Origin: a virus
Taxonomy: Duplodnaviria; Caudoviricetes
Virus record (IMG/VR): IMGVR_UViG_3300028886_000037
Location: 32,001 to 96,000 of that record
Reading direction: 5' to 3' (one strand)
Length of the DNA: 64,000 bases
Shown here piece after piece: positions 19,247 to 27,786 of the stretch. The translations under genes and the position numbers were made by a program. The notes under the pieces were generated by a model that was not told the DNA's origin, did not search any database, and was given only the letters and a program-made list of their open reading frames with translations. Position 1 is the stretch's first letter. Each line of letters opens with the position of its first letter.

Positions 19247-21028
19247 ATGTATATCAAGTTCCATTCGATAAAGTTCAAGAATTTTCTGTCCTATGGCAAC
19301 GGATGGACTACTCTGAACTTCAACAACAAACTCAACCTGATCAATGCCCAGAACGGCGCAGGAAAATCGACAATCGTTGACGCTATCTCGTTCGTGCTCT
19401 TCGGTAAGCCCTATCGTGACATTAAAATGAAGAGCCTTGTGAACTACATCAACAAGCGCCACTTGGAGGTAGAGATCCAGTTCGACATCGGCAAGGATTC
19501 CTACCGCATGCTGAGAGGACTTGCGCCGTCGAAGTTCGAACTGTACAAGAACGGCGAGATGGTAGAAGCGCTGAGTTCAAAGAAGCTCAATCAGATCGAG
19601 ATCGACAAGCTGCTCGGCGTCAAGTATCTGCTATTCAAGAACGTGATGTGTATCGGGGCAATCTCGAACGTGCCGTTCTTCAACATGTGTCTATCCGACA
19701 GAAGAGAACTGCTCGAAACGATATTCGGACTCACGAACATCGCGGATATGCTCGACGAGGTGAAGGACCGCAGATCGAACGACAACATCACCATCAAGAC
19801 GATGAGCGCAACTAAGACTGGTCTCGAGAACTCGATCAACGACCTGATCAAGATCATCGCGGACATGGAGCAGAAGAGCCGCAATTTCGAAACGAACAAA
19901 GCGGACAGACTAGAGAAGGTGAAAGACCATATCGAGCAGCAGAAGTCCGACTTGGTGAAACACGAGACCAACATCAAGAAGTGCGAAGAGAAGTGCGCCG
20001 AGCTCGAACCCGACTTCTCAGAACTCGACGACACTATTATTAGGATTCGTGAACGCGTCGCTGGACTCGCAGAGCACAAGGCGAAGGTGACTAGCCTGAC
20101 GAAGATTTACGACTTCCGTGACAAGAACAAGTGTCCGATATGCGGGACAGATTTCTGCTCAGATCACGCGAAAGAGTATTTTGACGGAATTCTCGCCGAG
20201 ATCAACATGGAGCAGGGATTCTACGACACTCTGAACGAGAAGCAGAAGGCAGACGAGGAAAGCGCAGAGAAGATGCGCAACTCTAAGTATTTCTACGAGA
20301 AGGTGAAGAGCAGAATTTCGACAGAGCAGACGGTCATCGAGGGCTTGAAGCGTGGCATTGCTTACGACGAGCAGCAGTATAAAGACATCGAGGCTGAGAC
20401 AAACGGATTCGATCCGTCTGACCAGAGAAAGCGCGTAGAGGAGTATCGAAAGCAGCTCAAGATCTGCAACGACACGATAGACGAGACGTCCGAGCGAGTA
20501 GCGATCGACACTGACCTCATCACGATTCTCTCAGACAGCGGAATCAAGCGATACTTCTTTGAGGAGATCGTTCCGATTCTAAACCTCAAGATCAACGAGT
20601 ACATCAAGAAGTTCGGCTTGAACGTCGAAGTCATCTTCGACAGCATGCTAGAGTATACGCTCACTCGTGGCGCGTTCGAAATGGAATACAACGGACTATC
20701 GAACGGAGAGAAGACAAGAGTGAACGTCGCTATGCTTCTCACTTTCTACGACATCGCGAAACAACTGTCAAACTGGTCGAGCTCTATTCTGTTCATGGAT
20801 GAGATTTTCGACACTGGTATCGACGGCGATGGAATTACGGACTTCCTGAAAGAGTTGATCACGATGATTCAGGGCGACAGCAACCTCGGCGTGTACCTAA
20901 TTTCGCACAAGCTAAATGATCTAAATTTTAGTCAAATACAATATAAGTTCGAGACGCTGAGAGTCCAGAAGAAGGGCTGCTTCAGCCAGTTGGTAAAGGA
21001 TAGAAATGAGCAAGGTAGCCCTAGTTAG
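19247..21028 (+). CDS. gp46: Recombination endonuclease ATPase subunit gp46 (SbcC/Rad50-like)
   Basis: FKNFLSYGN, Walker A NGAGKST, CPIC zinc hook, signature LSNGE, Walker B LFMDEIFD, ISH. Confidence 0.95.
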   Translation: MYIKFHSIKFKNFLSYGNGWTTLNFNNKLNLINAQNGAGKSTIVDAISFVLFGKPYRDIKMKSLVNYINKRHLEVEIQFDIGKDSYRMLRGLAPSKFELYKNGEMVEALSSKKLNQIEIDKLLGVKYLLFKNVMCIGAISNVPFFNMCLSDRRELLETIFGLTNIADMLDEVKDRRSNDNITIKTMSATKTGLENSINDLIKIIADMEQKSRNFETNKADRLEKVKDHIEQQKSDLVKHETNIKKCEEKCAELEPDFSELDDTIIRIRERVAGLAEHKAKVTSLTKIYDFRDKNKCPICGTDFCSDHAKEYFDGILAEINMEQGFYDTLNEKQKADEESAEKMRNSKYFYEKVKSRISTEQTVIEGLKRGIAYDEQQYKDIEAETNGFDPSDQRKRVEEYRKQLKICNDTIDETSERVAIDTDLITILSDSGIKRYFFEEIVPILNLKINEYIKKFGLNVEVIFDSMLEYTLTRGAFEMEYNGLSNGEKTRVNVAMLLTFYDIAKQLSNWSSSILFMDEIFDTGIDGDGITDFLKELITMIQGDSNLGVYLISHKLNDLNFSQIQYKFETLRVQKKGCFSQLVKDRNEQGSPS

Positions 21029-22094
21029 CGATCTGCACTTCGGAACTCATTCGGACGACAGAATTTTTCAGGACTCTCAATTCGCATTCATGGAGCAGAT
21101 GGCGAATGACTGCAAAGAGCGAGGGATAGAGAAAATCTTCGTTCTTGGCGACCTGTTCGACACTCGTCATGCCGTGAATGTTTTGACGATAAACCGAGTG
21201 GTCGACTTCTTCAAGCGACACGAGGGCGAAGTGATCTGGTATATCGTTCTCGGCAATCACGACCTCTATTACAAGAATTCGATGGACATTAGTTCGTTGG
21301 TCGTTCTTGACCGCATCGCCAACGTGAACATAATCGACAAGCCAATTAGAATGAGGCTTGATCCTAAGAAGTGCAGCGAGACTGGAAAGGATCACGACAC
21401 TGTCGTCGTGCCGTGGGTTACTGACTATGAAGAGTTCCGCAACTACGTTGAAAAGGAATTCGATCTTGGATGCGGAATCACTCGCCTATTTGGTCACTTG
21501 GACGTCATCGGTGCAAAGATGGACATCTTCAACAATCGTGCAGAGCAGGGCTTCGACAAAGACGAGCTGTTTAAGCACTGGAAACACATCTATACGGGCC
21601 ATTATCACATTCACTCGGAAACTACACAGGGTGACTGCAAACTGACCTATTTGGGCTCTCCATACCAGCTTAATCGTTCAGAGATCGAAGAGAAGGGATT
21701 TTATATTCTCGACACTTACACGGAAGAGATGGAATTTATCAGTAACGAGCACTGCATCGAGTACAAGAAGCTCAAATTTCCAGATATGCCCGAAGATCCA
21801 GAGACATTCATTCATGGCAACATAATTGACGTCGAGATCAGTTGGGAGTCTTCGAAGTACATGAACAAGGTGAACGAGTACCTTGAGAAGATCGAAAGTT
21901 ACGGACCAGCATATCCAGTCAATCCGATCTACCAGCGCAGACAAGAAAATACGCCTATCGAAAGGATAGACGTATCTAAAATCACGCTGCTGAGTCTCGC
22001 CAAGAAGTATATTGACGACAGCTCAGATATTAAGGACAAAACGAAGGTCTTCAACGCGTTCAAAGAGCTTCATCAGAGTCACTCGATTCAGTGA
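21006..22094 (+). CDS. gp47: Recombination endonuclease nuclease subunit gp47 (SbcD/Mre11-like)
   Basis: SDLHFG, GDLFD, GNHD, GHYH, YLGSPYQ metallophosphoesterase motifs. Confidence 0.95.
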   Translation: MSKVALVSDLHFGTHSDDRIFQDSQFAFMEQMANDCKERGIEKIFVLGDLFDTRHAVNVLTINRVVDFFKRHEGEVIWYIVLGNHDLYYKNSMDISSLVVLDRIANVNIIDKPIRMRLDPKKCSETGKDHDTVVVPWVTDYEEFRNYVEKEFDLGCGITRLFGHLDVIGAKMDIFNNRAEQGFDKDELFKHWKHIYTGHYHIHSETTQGDCKLTYLGSPYQLNRSEIEEKGFYILDTYTEEMEFISNEHCIEYKKLKFPDMPEDPETFIHGNIIDVEISWESSKYMNKVNEYLEKIESYGPAYPVNPIYQRRQENTPIERIDVSKITLLSLAKKYIDDSSDIKDKTKVFNAFKELHQSHSIQ

Positions 22095-22211
22095 TCTCTT
22101 CGCTCTTTTTCTTGCGCTTTGGAACTTGCACTTCAACTTTGACTTGCTGAACCGTGTTCGGTATTACGACGTTCACATCGATTCTGCGGTATGGACTTCT
22201 TACTCTTACGC

Positions 22212-22613
22212 TCATGGCTCCTCCAATTCTATCTTCTCTTCTGGAATTCCTATCTTGGTCTTCAGCACTTCGGGAAGATACTTTCGAAGCAGCTGGATGG
22301 CTTTTGTCTGTTTGTCACGCTTCATTTTCTCTACGCAGTTCTTAGCCTGGACTATGAAGAACGGATCTTCGGCCATGTGAGAGGTGAACATGTCCACTTC
22401 CTCCGGAGTCAGGTATAGAACGACTGACTGGTTCTTCTTTGGATTCAACGACTCTAGCTTGTGGAGCGCGTAGAGCTTGATCAACTGAATGATCCAAGTC
22501 TTTGGCCTGTCCTCAGCGCAGAAGTCCCAGATTCCGCCCTCGTCTGACTCCTCTTCCATGTCTAGAAAGACATGAGGCTGTTCGAGCAGAAGCTTTTCGA
22601 CTAGGTATCTCAT
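22212..22613 (-). CDS. Hypothetical late protein
   Basis: Coupled to the upstream late gene; N-terminus MRYLVEKLLLEQ. Confidence 0.5.
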   Translation of the reverse strand: MRYLVEKLLLEQPHVFLDMEEESDEGGIWDFCAEDRPKTWIIQLIKLYALHKLESLNPKKNQSVVLYLTPEEVDMFTSHMAEDPFFIVQAKNCVEKMKRDKQTKAIQLLRKYLPEVLKTKIGIPEEKIELEEP

Positions 22614-23113
22614 CAGTTCTCTCCTATCAAGCTGTTGTAGAAGATGATTACGGCAGCAGAGAGCTTCAGAACGTCGAAGTCACGATCCTTGTACTTCGTG
22701 ATGACGTCATAGGACTTCGGAGAGCAGTTGTCCCAGTTTCTCCAGTCGAACTTCTCTTGCTCTACCATCGCGATGACCTGCTCGCAAGCGCCACGGATCT
22801 GTTTCTCGAAGTTCTTGATCTGGTCGCCCATTGCGTTATACTTAGTCGTGTGAGCGCAGCTGTCTTGGAATGCGGAGTGAATTCCATCTATGATTCCCAC
22901 TGCGACATCCTTCTGAGCCTTGATCTTGTCAGCTAGGGATTCTCTCAGGCTCTTGTGCTCTTCATGAGGAGCTTCTTGCGCCGGTGCGGGTTCAGGTGCG
23001 GGAGCTGGTGCAGGTTCCTGTGCTGGTGCTTGAGGCTGCTGTTGTGGAGCAGGTTGCTGCTGTGTAGGCTCGGCTTCATCGACACGCTTTCTAAAATCAC
23101 TAAATCTTTTCAT
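22613..23113 (-). CDS. Putative internal head protein (capsid-targeting-like N-terminus, Pro/Gln/Ala linker)
   Basis: TATAAATA at 23129-23136 (-); MKRFSDFRKRVDEA. Confidence 0.5.
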   Translation of the reverse strand: MKRFSDFRKRVDEAEPTQQQPAPQQQPQAPAQEPAPAPAPEPAPAQEAPHEEHKSLRESLADKIKAQKDVAVGIIDGIHSAFQDSCAHTTKYNAMGDQIKNFEKQIRGACEQVIAMVEQEKFDWRNWDNCSPKSYDVITKYKDRDFDVLKLSAAVIIFYNSLIGEN

Positions 23114-23147
23114 AAATTCCTCTCAAATTATTTATAGACACGAAAAA

Positions 23148-23170
23148 AGCGCTGGAATGACCAGCGCTTC
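23148..23170 (-). terminator. Rho-independent terminator
   Basis: AAGCGCTGG-5nt-CCAGCGCTT hairpin followed by a U-run on the minus strand. Confidence 0.75.
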
Positions 23171-23190
23171 AATTCTTTTCGGATGCTAGA

Positions 23191-23589
23191 CTATTCGTCA
23201 GCCGGGCCGTAGATGTTGTCGTTGTCCATTGCGCTTACGACTGCAGCTGCAGCTTCTGCGTCAGCGGAACCGTCATCTTCGTACTCAACCTTGTCAAGGA
23301 TTGACTTGATAGCTTCGAGCTCTTCCTTCGTGACCTGGATAGTGAAGATCTCCTGTTCCTCGCCATCGCCCTCATCCCCAGTTTCGGATGTTTCAGCAGT
23401 AGCGCCCGGTTCTTCATCTTCCTTCACGACCTTGTAGCCGTGAGCATTAGCAACTTCAATAGCTTCGGCGATCAGTTCCTTCTTGGACTTCTCAGCCTTA
23501 GCAGACTCATCGACCACCTTGTAGCCATGAGCCTCTGCCACTTCGATTGCTTCATCTAGCATCTCTTTTGTGATTTTAGAGTCTTTCAT
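23191..23589 (-). CDS. Acidic late protein with a duplicated EAIEVAxAHGYKVVxE motif (putative prohead core/internal protein)
   Basis: Two internal repeats; TATAAATA at 23618-23625 (-). Confidence 0.5.
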   Translation of the reverse strand: MKDSKITKEMLDEAIEVAEAHGYKVVDESAKAEKSKKELIAEAIEVANAHGYKVVKEDEEPGATAETSETGDEGDGEEQEIFTIQVTKEELEAIKSILDKVEYEDDGSADAEAAAAVVSAMDNDNIYGPADE

Positions 23590-23620
23590 TTGGTTAACCT
23601 CGTTGTTAAAATCTTTTTAT

Positions 23621-24109
23621 TTATACCGTTCTTCGTCCGCCAGTTACGATTCTCTTGATCGCGTCTCGGAGGTCTTGGACGATGATCTGTTCGTTTACGA
23701 TGAGTCCGTATGCTGAAGCGAACACAGACTTCAATTCCTTTGACTTTCTGACGATAGCGTCTTTCAGCTCAGAATCCTGTGGATAGCACAGCGCATTTGA
23801 GATCTGACGGTCATCTAGACCCTCTTGACGGCAGTATGCGGTGTAGCCCTCGACTAGATCACTTGCAGCTTCGCGGACCATCGGCATGATGGTCTCTGGA
23901 TCAGCGAACTGCTCATCGAGCGTGTAGCTCTCTTCGAGGTTCTCAGTGTTGAGCTCCTCGTTTTGGCCAGGCTCGATGTCGTCGTTGATCACAAGTTTGG
24001 CTCCGCAGCACGGACACACTGGATTTGAGATGTTGACTGTGTATGCAGTCTCTTCGTCATCCAGTGCTTCCAGCACCCTCAGAGCGCCCATTTGAGTTTC
24101 GCTGAGCAC
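23621..24109 (-). CDS. Hypothetical protein with CPCC motif
   Basis: ORF in the late head-associated cluster; GTG start. Confidence 0.45.
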   Translation of the reverse strand: MLSETQMGALRVLEALDDEETAYTVNISNPVCPCCGAKLVINDDIEPGQNEELNTENLEESYTLDEQFADPETIMPMVREAASDLVEGYTAYCRQEGLDDRQISNALCYPQDSELKDAIVRKSKELKSVFASAYGLIVNEQIIVQDLRDAIKRIVTGGRRTV

Positions 24110-24112
24110 GAG

Positions 24113-25048
24113 TTAGTCTTCCTTCTTCTCGTCTTCTTTCTTGTCGTCGTCTTTCTTTTCGTCGTCAGAACCCTTGCACTCTTCCTTCTTCTCGTCGCAG
24201 CATGCTTTGCCCTTGCAAGCCTTAGCAGCCTTGAGCTTCTCTAGGAAAGACATAGTCTTCTTCTCGGGCTTCTTTTCCTCTTCCTTCTTCTCTTCGACGA
24301 TCATCTCTGGTTCGGCCTTCGGCATCTCAGCTGCTTCCTTGAGGAATTCAGCCTTGAGCTGAGCCTTAGCTTCGTTGATCTTCTCGCGGATCTTGGACTT
24401 GACAGCCGTCATGATCATTTCGTCGAGCTTGTAGAGCTTTCCTGACTCTACGATGCCGATGAGAGTTCCAGAGTTGCTGTTGAGTAGCTTTCCAGCCTTG
24501 CGGTTCATCTGGTAAGCTTCAGACTTTGTAGCGTCTTCGGGACGGGATTCATCCTGAGAGAAGTCGCTTTCCTCTTCGCCACCCTCTGCCGGAGCAGTTT
24601 CGCCACCTTCAGCTGGCTTGTCCTCGATTGACTGTTCCTGAGCTTCTGGAGCTGGTTCTGCACCGCCCTCTGCTGGAGCGTTGTCGAGATCGATGTTAGG
24701 AGGAGCGTCTGGAGAAGCTTCCGGTGCTGGAGCTGGAGCTGCCGGTTCGACCGGTGCTGCTGGTTCAGCTTGAGCAGCGTTCTGCTTAGCGATATAGTCC
24801 TTGAACTCCTGGATAGCAACGGAGAAGCCGTTGACCGTGTCCTTGAGAGCAGAGACAGTATCTGCTAGATTCTCTTCTGCAGCCTGAGAAGCTTGCGGCT
24901 CCTGAGTGGTTTTGCCACCGAGAAGATCTGCAAAGTCGTCATCTGCTACGTTCTCTGGTGCACCTGCTACGTCTTCAGCGCTTACTGGCTTCTGTTCCAC
25001 GTCGGACAGAAAATCCTCATTTAGAAGCTCTTTTCTCTTTTTAGTCAT
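24113..25048 (-). CDS. Acidic low-complexity late protein (prohead core-like)
   Basis: E/A/P/K-rich; LLNE cleavage-like site near the N-terminus; TATAAATA at 25080-25087 (-). Confidence 0.5.
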   Translation of the reverse strand: MTKKRKELLNEDFLSDVEQKPVSAEDVAGAPENVADDDFADLLGGKTTQEPQASQAAEENLADTVSALKDTVNGFSVAIQEFKDYIAKQNAAQAEPAAPVEPAAPAPAPEASPDAPPNIDLDNAPAEGGAEPAPEAQEQSIEDKPAEGGETAPAEGGEEESDFSQDESRPEDATKSEAYQMNRKAGKLLNSNSGTLIGIVESGKLYKLDEMIMTAVKSKIREKINEAKAQLKAEFLKEAAEMPKAEPEMIVEEKKEEEKKPEKKTMSFLEKLKAAKACKGKACCDEKKEECKGSDDEKKDDDKKEDEKKED

Positions 25049-25095
25049 GTTGTAACACCCTTCTAGTATTTCTTTATGTTATTTATACCAGTAGT

Positions 25096-25530
25096 TTACA
25101 GAGAGTTGATAACTACCTGCATCTCTTCAGACTTTCTGAGCTCGTCGAAAGCGTCTGTGAAGTCTTTCCACTCGTTGAAGCTCTTGATGTCGGCAGACAT
25201 CGTGGTTCTGATGTTGTCGAGCACCCATTCGATCGTCTTCTTCTGGTTGTCTACTGTCTGGTTCTGGAAGGAGAGCTGGAACTCTGCCGGGCTGAATTTG
25301 TCTTTGAGCTTCTTGACGTACTTGTCGTTGTCTTCACAGAACTTGTCAAGCTTCTTGAAGAGAGCCTTGAGAGACTCGTCCTTCTTGATCTCGTCTTCAG
25401 TCTTGCCGTTAGCGCTCTTCACGACGGCCCAGATGTAGTATAGCGGGTTCGTGTCTTCCTTCTTCTGGAACACTGTGGATTCGTTTAGAAGGAATTCATG
25501 TAAATTTTTGTATTCTTTTGCCTCTTTCAT
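25096..25530 (-). CDS. Hypothetical late protein
   Basis: SD AGGAG; N-terminal LHEFLLNES. Confidence 0.5.
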   Translation of the reverse strand: MKEAKEYKNLHEFLLNESTVFQKKEDTNPLYYIWAVVKSANGKTEDEIKKDESLKALFKKLDKFCEDNDKYVKKLKDKFSPAEFQLSFQNQTVDNQKKTIEWVLDNIRTTMSADIKSFNEWKDFTDAFDELRKSEEMQVVINSL

Positions 25531-25548
25531 CTCTTGGATGCTCCTGTT

Positions 25549-27081
25549 TTAATCTCTGAAATTGAAATAGATCTTGTCTGGATCCTTGTAGTCGTTGAGG
25601 TTATTGATCGTCATGTCTGGTGCGTATTCCCATGTCTCATGACTTCCCTTCGCCCATGATGCAGAATTCTCTGTGACTGTAGCGCAAGTGTCGTTCCAAG
25701 ATCCAGAGTTGGTCTCTACGGCTTCATAAGCGCCATTCCAGTTTCCTGAGTTTTCGTAAACTGTGTCGTAAGTGGATTCCCAGTCGCCTGAGCTTGATCC
25801 GACAGTCTTGAATGTCGAATCCCAGTCCCCCGAGTCAGCCTTGACCGTCTGGTAAGTGCTCTGCCAGTTAGTAGCGGAGCTCTTCCAGCTGTCGTCTCCT
25901 TTAGCCCATGCGGCAGAGTTTGCGCTGACAGCGCTTGACGCAGCTTCCCAGTAAGCGGAGTGACCATCGACCGTGTGATAGGTGTCAGTCCAGTGACCAG
26001 AGTCTTCAAGGCTGATTCCTGCCCAAGAAGCTGAATATGAGCTCACTGTGCTATAGACAGAGTCCCAGTCTCCTGAAGTCTGCTGGACATCTTTGATTCC
26101 GTCATAAGCTTCGTCGTAGTGACCCGAGTTCTCCTTCATTGACTCGTAGACGCTGCTCCAGTTGCCTGAATTAGCGTTCGTAGTCTCGTAGTCGGACTCC
26201 CAACGGCCTGAGTTTGCAAGGACGGTCTGATATGTCGAATCCCAGTGACCTGAATTGTCGAGAACGATGCGGTACGGGCTATCTGGATCTCCGATGACGT
26301 GCCAGAGTTTCTCTAGCTGATAGAAGATGCCGCCGTAGTTCGATCTAGGCTCTCCAGATGGAGAATCGGTTTCTGGACCTGGCTTCCACATGAGCTCGTC
26401 GTGATACTTGATCCACTCCATCAGGTCACTGTAACCTGAGTCGCTCATCCATCTTCTGCTGCCGGAATCACCCCATTTGCCACCGCTATAGAGGTCGTTC
26501 ATAGCCTCGTCGATCCAACCCCAGTACATCTTGTAGATTTCTGAGAGATCCAGCGGATGCTCAGGACTTCCGTTACCTTGGAAATAAGCGCTCTCAGCGT
26601 GGAAATACGGCTCTGCGCTGTATGTCTTTAGGAATGCGCTTGTAGCGGATATGATGTTGTAGATCGACTCGTTAGCGCCAGAATCCCAAGCAGAAGCGAT
26701 CTTGTAAGCGCTGTCCCAGAATGCTGAGTTTGCGCTCACAGTCTCATAAGTGCTCTGCCAGTTGTCGGCTGAGTTCTTCCATGAGTCATCAACAGCGCGA
26801 TCCCAGTCAGCTGAGTGACCGGAGACTGCGGAGTAAGTCTTATTCCAGATGTCGACTTCGCCAGAAGTGATGCAGAGACAATGATCTTCGTCTCCGTCGC
26901 AGCAGTGTTCCCACGGATACGCGCCCATCACTGGTTCAGTGTCGTTCCAGTGGTGCCAGTGCGGAGGTCTGTGAGGAGGATGATCTCCTGGATAGTCTTT
27001 GTCGTAAGGAAACACTGACGGCCAAGGTCCGCATGGTCTGTGCGGAGGTCTCGGCGGAAACTTCTCTTCTTGATCTGCCAT
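25549..27081 (-). CDS. Trp-repeat fibrous virion protein (14-residue NSGxWxSxYxTVxx repeats)
   Basis: More than 12 repeats with 14-aa period; Pro/His/Cys-rich N-terminus. Confidence 0.55.
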   Translation of the reverse strand: MADQEEKFPPRPPHRPCGPWPSVFPYDKDYPGDHPPHRPPHWHHWNDTEPVMGAYPWEHCCDGDEDHCLCITSGEVDIWNKTYSAVSGHSADWDRAVDDSWKNSADNWQSTYETVSANSAFWDSAYKIASAWDSGANESIYNIISATSAFLKTYSAEPYFHAESAYFQGNGSPEHPLDLSEIYKMYWGWIDEAMNDLYSGGKWGDSGSRRWMSDSGYSDLMEWIKYHDELMWKPGPETDSPSGEPRSNYGGIFYQLEKLWHVIGDPDSPYRIVLDNSGHWDSTYQTVLANSGRWESDYETTNANSGNWSSVYESMKENSGHYDEAYDGIKDVQQTSGDWDSVYSTVSSYSASWAGISLEDSGHWTDTYHTVDGHSAYWEAASSAVSANSAAWAKGDDSWKSSATNWQSTYQTVKADSGDWDSTFKTVGSSSGDWESTYDTVYENSGNWNGAYEAVETNSGSWNDTCATVTENSASWAKGSHETWEYAPDMTINNLNDYKDPDKIYFNFRD

Positions 27082-27125
27082 CCCTTCTCCTTGCCTTTAG
27101 ATCTTAGCTATCGGTGAACATTGAC

Positions 27126-27545
27126 TTACTTTTTGAGGAACAGGTTCTTTGTGTTGGCTAGCTGAACGCCGAGATCGTGGATAGCTGTTCCGATCTTGTT
27201 GATACGAGCGTCGAGAAGCGCATTGACCTTCTTTCTGAACTGTTCGAGAGCGTCATCACGTCCCGTGAAGTCTTCTGGAAGGATCCATTCCTTTTCGATA
27301 TAGCTTGTGAGCTCGTTCACCATGTCGTTCGAGAATCCGTCAAGAGAAGCGATAGCGTCAGCGTTGCCCTTAGAGAAGTACTGAGCGACTAGATTTCCCA
27401 TAGCGGACTTCTGCTCGACCGGGGCTGGAGTAGAAACGTTTGTGCTACTCGGATCCGGAACCTTTCCGTTGATCTCGTCCTCGAACACTTCCGGGCTGTA
27501 GTTAGCATCTTCATTGACTTTCTGTAGATACTCTTTGAATTTCAT
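27126..27545 (-). CDS. Putative internal head protein (capsid-targeting-like N-terminus)
   Basis: MKFKEYLQKVNED; TATAAATA at 27572-27579 (-). Confidence 0.5.
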   Translation of the reverse strand: MKFKEYLQKVNEDANYSPEVFEDEINGKVPDPSSTNVSTPAPVEQKSAMGNLVAQYFSKGNADAIASLDGFSNDMVNELTSYIEKEWILPEDFTGRDDALEQFRKKVNALLDARINKIGTAIHDLGVQLANTKNLFLKK

Positions 27546-27682
27546 AGGTTTTACCTCTTATATCTCTAGTTTATTTATACTCTCATGTTCAAAGAAAAAA
27601 ATCATATACTTAGCAAATTGATACGAATTTGCACTAAAAATAACAAAAAAATCAAAAATAAACACGTATAAATATAATATAG

Positions 27683-27780
27683 ATTATTGGATTGGACTGG
27701 AATCTAATAATAGGAAACGAATTTAAAAAGGCTAGGAATAGTCTTAAATCCTATTGGTACCAGTCCTACTAATAGGATTT
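27683..27780 (+). ncRNA. Structured 5' leader of tnpB: three hairpins with complementary (kissing) loops
   Basis: Stem 27683-27711 with loop GGACTGG; small stem 27728-27745 with GGAA loop; stem 27746-27780 with loop CCAGTCC. Confidence 0.65.
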
Positions 27781-27786
27781 TTTTGT

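Noticed and set aside
19247-22094. gp46 preceding gp47, the reverse of T4 order
   Set aside because: Real, but unremarkable given the general gene shuffling in this genome.
25600-26300. Trp repeats as a DGR template/variable pair or a DNA repeat array
   Set aside because: Similarity is at the protein level, with no adenine-specific pattern and no reverse transcriptase in the window.
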